A stretch of DNA of 21,615 bases from Candidatus Nanohaloarchaea archaeon (lineage in GTDB: Archaea > Nanohalarchaeota > Nanosalinia > Nanosalinales > Nanosalinaceae), in the NCBI GenBank assembly GCA_046539225.1, contig JBKHHG010000011.1, positions 1-21,615 of the forward strand, read 5' to 3'. This document shows, one piece after another, positions 15,108-21,615 of the stretch. The notes under the pieces are model-generated. The model searched no databases, was not told the origin of the DNA, and worked only from the letters and a program-made list of their open reading frames with translations. A program made the translations under genes and the position numbers. The first letter of the stretch is position 1. Every line of letters begins with the position of its first letter.

Positions 15108-16718
15108 TTACTCCTTATCTGTTATCTCTACCTTCTTGATCTCAAGTTCGGGAGCATTTTCACTTATCCAAGATTCAAATACCAGTCTCCGGAAATCCTG
15201 TGACTCCTTGGAGAAAGACCATTTTTCTTCTCCACCTTCTCTAACAGACCATCCAGTCTCTCCTTCCGATCGTTCAAGAACCACGGTAAAGTCGCTGTTC
15301 AAAGGGTAGTCGTATTCTGTGTCAAAATCGTCATTCGAATTGAATCTCCACAGATGCTCGTTTCCGAACCTATCGGTGTTCAGGCCGCTGATTGTATCTG
15401 ATTTCCCCTCTCCGGCATCTCTTTGAGCATCTATTTGAAGGTGACCTCTATCAATAAAGTTCAGCGTTATCTCTATTGTTTTTTCTCCTTCAGGCAGGGG
15501 CTCCCATACAATGTAGTCACTAAAGTGGGGGGAGCGATTAGGTTCGAATTCGATACTTGAACCCGTCTTATTTATTACGTTGGAGTTATCTCCTGTTGCC
15601 TCTTTGGAGGGTTCTGTTGTGACATCGCCTTCTAAAGCGTCCTCTTCTATATCCAGATCTCCGCATGCCGGCTGTTCAACTTTTTCCACTACTATAATCG
15701 GGTAGAGAGGTTCATCGCTCGAGTGTCCGTGGCCGTCCGGGTATCCCCGGCTTCCCTGTACGTATCCCTCGTCGCCGGGACAGAGATTTACTCTCAAGTT
15801 GAGCTCGCTGATGTCAATATTTGAATCAGTATCGTATTCGTCCCCGATCGCTTCAAGATTTGTGCGGGCGTCAATATCAACATTCTGATCCTTGAAGTAT
15901 ATTACAGGCCTTTCGATCTGGGTGCCTTTCCTGTTCTCATCGTCGAACCAGGTGTTTCCTATCTCGTCAACTACATTTATCCCTACATCAATGCCTAACA
16001 TGCCTGCAGCACATACCCGGCAGACCGTTCCGGCAGCGACAGCCTCTTTCAATCCAGGTCTAAGATCGTTTAAGCTCGTTCCGCCTTCAGCTGCCCTTAT
16101 CGCCTCCGAGGCCTTTTCAGGGGTTGTAGGCACTACGTTTACCAGGTTTTCGTCAAGCCAGTACCTGCCGTTATTTTCCCTTCCTCCAATGGTTATAGCA
16201 TCTTTCTCAAGGTCTTCAGGCACTTTGAACTTTTGCCGGGAGTAGATACCAGGCATAAAGTTTTCGTCAGGAGTGTCCCCAACAAAGTTTGTGAAGTCTC
16301 TTAACCCGCTTCCAGGTATCAGGCCTCCAGGGTCTCTCACCGCTCCGGCTTCACCTCCGAAACAGGTGGGGTGCTGGGTAAGGGGCTGCGTTCCTTTGAG
16401 GCCTGGGTAGCCCCAGCCATCGGCTTCGAAGTCTCCATCAGTTCTTACAGCGTTGAAGGGTTTCTGGCCGTCGTTGACGTTGTTTACGACTGTGCAGCCG
16501 TCGTTAAGCGCTCTGTCCCGGACGAACAGCGTCAGGTCGTTTAAAGTCTTTGCGTCTTCTATCTCTGTGGTCTGATCGGTGTACTGGTTGATGTCGGTAA
16601 AGCTCTGCTGCAGGGCCTGGCCGAGGGAGCCTATACTGCTCATTGAGATGAATAGGGAGGCGACCATTATCGCAAGGACGAGTTTGATGATCGCCCCGAT
16701 TCCTATACCTTTCAGCAT
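15108..16718 (-). CDS. Large pilin-like adhesin candidate (536 aa)
   Basis: MLKG/IGIGAIIKLVLAIMVASLF, then a large Gly/Asp-rich domain with several Cys and a beta-rich C-terminus. Confidence 0.72.
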   Translation of the reverse strand: MLKGIGIGAIIKLVLAIMVASLFISMSSIGSLGQALQQSFTDINQYTDQTTEIEDAKTLNDLTLFVRDRALNDGCTVVNNVNDGQKPFNAVRTDGDFEADGWGYPGLKGTQPLTQHPTCFGGEAGAVRDPGGLIPGSGLRDFTNFVGDTPDENFMPGIYSRQKFKVPEDLEKDAITIGGRENNGRYWLDENLVNVVPTTPEKASEAIRAAEGGTSLNDLRPGLKEAVAAGTVCRVCAAGMLGIDVGINVVDEIGNTWFDDENRKGTQIERPVIYFKDQNVDIDARTNLEAIGDEYDTDSNIDISELNLRVNLCPGDEGYVQGSRGYPDGHGHSSDEPLYPIIVVEKVEQPACGDLDIEEDALEGDVTTEPSKEATGDNSNVINKTGSSIEFEPNRSPHFSDYIVWEPLPEGEKTIEITLNFIDRGHLQIDAQRDAGEGKSDTISGLNTDRFGNEHLWRFNSNDDFDTEYDYPLNSDFTVVLERSEGETGWSVREGGEEKWSFSKESQDFRRLVFESWISENAPELEIKKVEITDKE

Positions 16719-16906
16719 ATTGATCTACCTGTTACATCAGCAAGTATTGAGCCAATGTTTCTTAAAAGGCCTACGCAGCTTGCTGCGTCGTCTGTTCCTA
16801 TTATGGCCGGGAGGAAAAGCGCGAGGAAAAGCGTGGCTATTGCTATGGCCATGACGAGGCCTATCATTATGTTTATGGTTTTGCTGGAGGTTCCTTTCGG
16901 TTTCAC
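16712..16906 (-). CDS. Small pilin, 64 aa
   Basis: MKPKG/TSSKTINIMIGLVMAIAIATLFLALFL with a Cys pair. Confidence 0.75.
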   Translation of the reverse strand: MKPKGTSSKTINIMIGLVMAIAIATLFLALFLPAIIGTDDAASCVGLLRNIGSILADVTGRSIC

Positions 16907-16940
16907 TGTTACTGTGTTGTCAATCGTTTAATTTAATGAT

Positions 16941-17075
16941 TTAGTCCGCCGCTGTTCCGAGCGCGTTTATGACTGCGTCTCTCAGTATGGATTCTGCGAC
17001 GAAGTAGACAGTTGCGGCAGCGAGAGCAGCCACGATTATAAGGATGAGGTGCTTCGTTGAGAACTCGGCTTTCAT
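16941..17075 (-). CDS. Micro-pilin, 44 aa (not in ORF track)
   Basis: MKA/EFSTKHLILIIVAALAAATVYFVAESILRDAVINALGTAAD. ATGA overlap with the platform gene and a GGTGAGG RBS. Confidence 0.8.
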   Translation of the reverse strand: MKAEFSTKHLILIIVAALAAATVYFVAESILRDAVINALGTAAD

Positions 17076-19243
17076 ATTCCCTCACCTACTCCTGTGACTA
17101 TTCCTCCGAACAGCATACTTATAATCAGCACTGTTATGGCGTAGAAGAACATTCCGGAGAGGAGTATCTTCCCTGTGAACATGTATTTGAAGGTCTGGTC
17201 GTCTCCTCTCGTGATTTTCATGTAGAAAGTTCCGAGTATGTAGAGCAGCTGGATCAGATATATGCCTACAACAAGCTGGAGAAGCTCTGGAGGTATCGCG
17301 TTACCAAGGTTTCCGATTATAGAGCCGTCGAGGCCTGCTGAGCTTTCTGCCCCGGATGGGAGCTGGGACTGGCTTTCCTGGAAGCTCTGTGAGAGCTCGA
17401 AAAGGCCTGAAATTATTGTCTGCGACATCCCGACCGCGACCCCGGATACTATCGGTGCAAGCATGTATGCCAGCATCTGGATTGTGGTGGTTGTGTCCTC
17501 CATCAGGTCGTTGAGCTGTTCCTGTGTCTTGTGGATGTTTTTCAGGTACCGGGATATTGTCATCATTGCGGTGGCGGCCATCTCCGTGCCTTTCTCAGAT
17601 GATTCGAGCACGGCCTTCATCACTGTATGAATCATCTGGCTTGGAAACTCTCTCAGCGCTCCGTAGTCCGGGTCAAATATGGCGTCTTCAAACGTCATTC
17701 CCATCTCCTCTATGTTCCGGGATGAAAGCTCAAAGAGCTCAGATATCTCGAGGTCCTGAGTAGACTCCGTAGCCTCTTTCAATGAAAGTTCTATAGGTGT
17801 GCCGCCTGAAATCTTGTTTCCAAGCTCGAATAAGGCGGTGGGGAACTCAGACTCTATTTCTTTAAGTTTTTCCTCGGTTTTCAACCTTTCAAAGTTGCCA
17901 AGTATTAATGTTGCTCCGATTCCGAAGCCTGTTCCAAGTACTATAAGCAGGGAGCGCATCAGCATCGGAAGCGGCGCCAGAGATTCTCCTTCTGTGAATA
18001 CGTAGGGAGCTGAGGCCGCGAGTTCTTCTCCTGCCATAGGGTAGAAGTGAGGGAAGGATATGTATCCTATTATACCTGGCAGGGCCAGAACTGAGAAGAC
18101 TGCGAGGCCTACAGGCCAGGAGGGTAGCCTAAATTTTTTGTCCATCAAGGTCAGCGAGAACTTCCATCTGTCCGGCAGTGATTCCGTGTCCGCCGGTTTT
18201 GTACTGACTGTTGGAGGCCTCGAGCTCAGGGTTCTCTGCATGAACCACCAGAGGAAGGCCGGCAGCATAAGGTTGAACAGGATGAAGAGATGCAGCGGGG
18301 TTATAACTCCTCCGAGGAATGCGGAGATTAATGGCAGCATTATCATGCCGAGTACCGGGAGCAGGGCGCCTACTGCGTTCAGAATCATTACAGGCGTTTC
18401 CAGTGACTGGGCGTAATGCTTCATCTTTTCCTGTGTCCCGTCCAGAATATTGTCTATGGCGTCCTGAAGCAGTCTTTCCTGTCTGTCTGTATCTGGCTGG
18501 TTTGTAGCTGCTCTTAACAGGTTTAAAGACTCGAGAAAGTCTTTATTGTAGTTTTTCCACCTTTCAGTATAGTTCTCGAGCGCATCATCTATTCTCTTGT
18601 ATTCTCCGACTTCCAGGCTCCATAAAACTTCTTTGAGGTCTTTTGCGATCGGGCCTTCAAGGTTTAAAGCCGCGAAACGTACTGCTCCCTCCAGGTTGGG
18701 CGATGAACGCATGTATACTACCATGTAGAGTATTGAGAGTATCATTTCTCCACTGCTCTTTATCACTTTGTTTTTGGCGGCGTAGACCGGCTTGTAAAAG
18801 GTGTAGAGGCCTGCAGCGACAGGTACAGATACGAGAATTAACATGAGGGATGTAGGGATTATGCCGCCGCTGGAGCCGAGAGCAGATCCAAGCGATAGGT
18901 TCATTACGAAAAGAGATATCCATCCGATGAAACCGGCTATAAATGCTCCTGCAGTGGCTGAAAGCACCATTCCGGGCGTGATCTCCCATCCGAGAAGGTT
19001 GATCGCAGGGTTTAGCTTTTGCTTTGTTGATTCGCCTGCTTTCAGGCTGAGCAGCGATGACATCTGGTAGCAGAACTTTTCGTATGAAGTTCTTTTCCTG
19101 GCCTCGGCTTCCTCTTTTTTGTACTGCTGGTATCGGCGTGAGAAGCTTTCGCGTGAAGAACTGTTGTTGTAAGGCGGCATCTCGATGTCCTTGTCTATCT
19201 CCTCGAGTATATCGTCCAGACGTTTTTCCTGGTCTTCATCCAT
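17072..19243 (-). CDS. Type II secretion system F-family membrane platform protein (PilC/TadB-TadC/ArlJ-like, two T2SSF domains)
   Basis: Multiple TM helices and two T2SSF-like segments (YMVVYMRSSPNLEGAV; EFPTALFELGNKISGGTPIELSL). Follows the secretion ATPase. Confidence 0.85.
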   Translation of the reverse strand: MDEDQEKRLDDILEEIDKDIEMPPYNNSSSRESFSRRYQQYKKEEAEARKRTSYEKFCYQMSSLLSLKAGESTKQKLNPAINLLGWEITPGMVLSATAGAFIAGFIGWISLFVMNLSLGSALGSSGGIIPTSLMLILVSVPVAAGLYTFYKPVYAAKNKVIKSSGEMILSILYMVVYMRSSPNLEGAVRFAALNLEGPIAKDLKEVLWSLEVGEYKRIDDALENYTERWKNYNKDFLESLNLLRAATNQPDTDRQERLLQDAIDNILDGTQEKMKHYAQSLETPVMILNAVGALLPVLGMIMLPLISAFLGGVITPLHLFILFNLMLPAFLWWFMQRTLSSRPPTVSTKPADTESLPDRWKFSLTLMDKKFRLPSWPVGLAVFSVLALPGIIGYISFPHFYPMAGEELAASAPYVFTEGESLAPLPMLMRSLLIVLGTGFGIGATLILGNFERLKTEEKLKEIESEFPTALFELGNKISGGTPIELSLKEATESTQDLEISELFELSSRNIEEMGMTFEDAIFDPDYGALREFPSQMIHTVMKAVLESSEKGTEMAATAMMTISRYLKNIHKTQEQLNDLMEDTTTTIQMLAYMLAPIVSGVAVGMSQTIISGLFELSQSFQESQSQLPSGAESSAGLDGSIIGNLGNAIPPELLQLVVGIYLIQLLYILGTFYMKITRGDDQTFKYMFTGKILLSGMFFYAITVLIISMLFGGIVTGVGEGI

Positions 19244-19254
19244 TCTGCGCCACC

Positions 19255-21507
19255 TTATACTTGCTGGTCAAGCCATTCCCTCCAGCGGTTCATTATCCTC
19301 GCTCTTTGCTGCTCTCCGTATTCGTCGACTACCTGCTTCGATAGGAGGTGGAACTTCTGGTTTGCCTCTACAACTTTCTCCGCTTCAAGCAGTTCAGGCC
19401 TGTCTTCTTCCCGGGCCTTCTCCACTATAGCTTCCTTCATCTCCTTTCTCATCTCGACATTGTCCCAGACTGCCTGCCAGTTGTTCTTCCATTCACGGAC
19501 GTTTTCCGCGATACGGTTCATTATCTCGGATTCGCCGTTAAGGAGCGTGTCAGTAGGCACGAGCTCGTCTTTCTCACTATCGTAACGCATTAAATCCACG
19601 AACGCATTTTCCTCGAGAGGATCATCGGTCCACTCCTTTCTAACCTCTGTTATTCCTGTTACGCGGCGGTATTCCTCCATTCCATCAGGGCTTTTAATCT
19701 TGTTTACACTGACAACAATGTCCGTGGCTTTAAAGCTTGTTGTAGGTACTCCGAGATCGTTTACAACCCTGTCGAAAACGGAGTAGGCGTCTTCCCCGTG
19801 GATGGTGCCGCCGACAAAGTTTGCGACCGCTCCAACCCTCATAGCTTCGTATAGGGCCTGGGCCTCGTCGCTTCTGACTTCTCCGACCACAAGGGCGGAG
19901 TCACCCATTCTCAGCGAGGTTCTGATGGCTTCATCGGCTTCAAGCTCGTTTTCCACCTGTGTAATAACAGAACGGGACTTCATACGCTCGACGTTGTATC
20001 CCAGGTCTCTCATCTGAGGGATCGGAAGCTCTAACGTGTCTTCGACCGTTACGATCCTGTGGTTTTTCATTATCTCCAGCATGGAGGCGGCGAGTAGCGA
20101 GGTCTTTCCGGCTCCACGTGTACCTGAGAAAAGCACCGATCTATTTCCGTCGACTATAAACGATAGGAGGCCTGCGCCAAACCCGTTTATCATATCGCTT
20201 TCTATGAAGAGAGGAAGGGTCCAGGCCCGGGAGCGATGCCTCCTGAAAGCAAATGCCAGGCCTTCAGGGCTGAGGTTTTCCTGTATGACCGCGACTCTTG
20301 CTCTTCCGCCTTTAACCTCTGTCTCTGTGTCGAGCACCGGGTTTGCCTCGTCCAGAGGCCTTCCTGACTGTATCCTGAACTGTGTGGCCCATGACTCTGC
20401 CTCGTCTTTTGTCGGTATCAGGTTGGTCTCGCACTCACCGTATTTTTCATGGGCTATGTAGATTGGAGAGGATCCGATAGGGGAGTTGACGAAGACGTCC
20501 TGGACCTGTGGATCCGCGAGCAGCAGCTCTAAAACCCCTAGGCCTGAAGTATACCTGTTCAGGATATGTCCCAGGGTTTCGAGTTCTTCGCTGCCGAGCT
20601 GAAAGTTCATCTGGTTTGCGATATCTCTAAGCATATCCCTGCCGATGTTTTCGAATACGTCCCGCATCCTCTCAGGTTCAGCGAACTCTCCCGAGTCAGG
20701 TTCGTGAGAGGCCATGAAACGCCTCGCTGCATCCAGCAAGTTGTATTTCTCCTCTGGCAGGTTGAACTCTGGGGGGTCGACGTGGTAGATAGGCCTTGTC
20801 TTGTTCGGGACCCGGTATACCGATACTTCTACATTGTTCCTGGAGTCGTACCTGTCGATCTCCTCGCCTCTCTCAGGGGGCAGGGACATGTACTTTGTAA
20901 GCATGAAGTTCGGTCTCACGAGAGGATGGAAGAACTCTCTGTATACCTCTCTGTCGCCGACATGGTGGCCGGTGATGTAGTCTGAGGCCTGTTCAATTAT
21001 CTCTGTGGATTCAAGCATATCCATTATCGGGTTCAGAACATCCTGTATAAAGTATTTCCGGCATCGGCTCTGCTGGGGATAGCTTTCGTCCATATCCTGC
21101 TCGAGATGCCTTTTCTTCCTCTTCAGTTCGACGTATGCCCCGACAGGGTCCTGTTTCAAAGTGCTGAAAACCGTCTCCTGTATATCGGGCAGTTCATCCT
21201 GGTAGAGCTGCTCGCATTTCTCTCCCGGACTCTGCGACAGCAGGCCTTGATTGGAGATGTCTTGGACTATCTGGGCCAGTTCCTTCAACAGTATTATCTG
21301 GTCCTCGTCGTACTCGTAGTCCCGGGATTCGGATAGAATAACTGAGGAAGCGTTAGGAACCTCCTGCAGAATATTGATGACACGGGCCATCACCTCGGGG
21401 TAATCCTCTATACTCGCTCCGTAGATGCTTCCAAGGGTGTTGATCCTTACAGTCCCTGTATCCTCCTCAAACTCATATTCGAATACGTCTTTGTCGTGTA
21501 TGTTCAT
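19255..21507 (-). CDS. Type II/IV secretion ATPase (PilB/TadA/ArlI-like)
   Basis: Walker A GTRGAGKT, Asp box TVEDTLEL, Walker B LVVGEVR, His box GTIHG, and a long N-terminal extension. Confidence 0.93.
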   Translation of the reverse strand: MNIHDKDVFEYEFEEDTGTVRINTLGSIYGASIEDYPEVMARVINILQEVPNASSVILSESRDYEYDEDQIILLKELAQIVQDISNQGLLSQSPGEKCEQLYQDELPDIQETVFSTLKQDPVGAYVELKRKKRHLEQDMDESYPQQSRCRKYFIQDVLNPIMDMLESTEIIEQASDYITGHHVGDREVYREFFHPLVRPNFMLTKYMSLPPERGEEIDRYDSRNNVEVSVYRVPNKTRPIYHVDPPEFNLPEEKYNLLDAARRFMASHEPDSGEFAEPERMRDVFENIGRDMLRDIANQMNFQLGSEELETLGHILNRYTSGLGVLELLLADPQVQDVFVNSPIGSSPIYIAHEKYGECETNLIPTKDEAESWATQFRIQSGRPLDEANPVLDTETEVKGGRARVAVIQENLSPEGLAFAFRRHRSRAWTLPLFIESDMINGFGAGLLSFIVDGNRSVLFSGTRGAGKTSLLAASMLEIMKNHRIVTVEDTLELPIPQMRDLGYNVERMKSRSVITQVENELEADEAIRTSLRMGDSALVVGEVRSDEAQALYEAMRVGAVANFVGGTIHGEDAYSVFDRVVNDLGVPTTSFKATDIVVSVNKIKSPDGMEEYRRVTGITEVRKEWTDDPLEENAFVDLMRYDSEKDELVPTDTLLNGESEIMNRIAENVREWKNNWQAVWDNVEMRKEMKEAIVEKAREEDRPELLEAEKVVEANQKFHLLSKQVVDEYGEQQRARIMNRWREWLDQQV

Positions 21508-21548
21508 CCCAGCATTATTATTCCCGTGTTCCTAAAATAAAAGATAGG

Positions 21549-21615
21549 ATGCCAGACCAGCAGATAATCAACCAGATCATCGACCGCGTAAACGACTTCA
21601 ACCGCAGAGTCCGAG
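21549..21615 (+). CDS. 5' end of a divergent gene (MPDQQIINQIIDRVNDFNRRVR...), coiled-coil-like, truncated by the window edge
   Basis: ATG at 21549 with an open frame to the window end and a heptad-like pattern. Confidence 0.55.
   Translation, partial: MPDQQIINQIIDRVNDFNRRVR

Larger units (their letters stand above)
350..21247. repeat. Dispersed highly iterated palindrome AGGCCT (about 102 copies)
   Basis: Manual count over the window, about 1 per 210 bp. Examples at 350, 510, 600, 719, 738, 2425, 2455, 2501, 9190, 9209 and 21242. Confidence 0.93.

Noticed and set aside
350..21247. AGGCCT sites as a CRISPR array, tandem repeat or cloning artefact
   Set aside because: Spacing is irregular, there are no long repeats or spacers, and the sites sit within intact conserved reading frames.
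17072..21507. Archaellum (arlI/arlJ) operon
   Set aside because: No archaellin, ArlH (KaiC-like) or ArlF/G genes are adjacent; the neighbours are pilin-like.

Overview
Compact archaeal chromosomal segment. The acidic proteome, moderate GC, short or overlapping intergenic regions and leaderless genes fit a DPANN Nanohaloarchaeota-like organism (inference). The left part holds the conserved archaeal cluster NMD3 - aIF-1A - RIO1 - KH(Dim2/Pno1) - top6B - probable top6A start. It also holds a DUF192 gene, a pore-less voltage-sensor-like membrane protein, an intron-containing tRNA-Arg(GCG) with a degenerate copy of its 3' end, aEF-1beta, an unannotated 43-aa 8-Cys zinc-finger gene, FEN1, an acidic coiled-coil protein and gpmI. 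The right half (10.5-21.5 kb, minus strand) is a type IV pilus/T2SS-like locus: ATPase, double-T2SSF platform protein and 13 pilin-like genes, three of them 44-51 aa and absent from the ORF track, interrupted by alba. The most striking signal is the palindrome AGGCCT. A manual count gives about 102 copies against about 5 expected, so it resembles cyanobacterial HIP1. It also recurs at a near-fixed position between TATA-like boxes and start codons.
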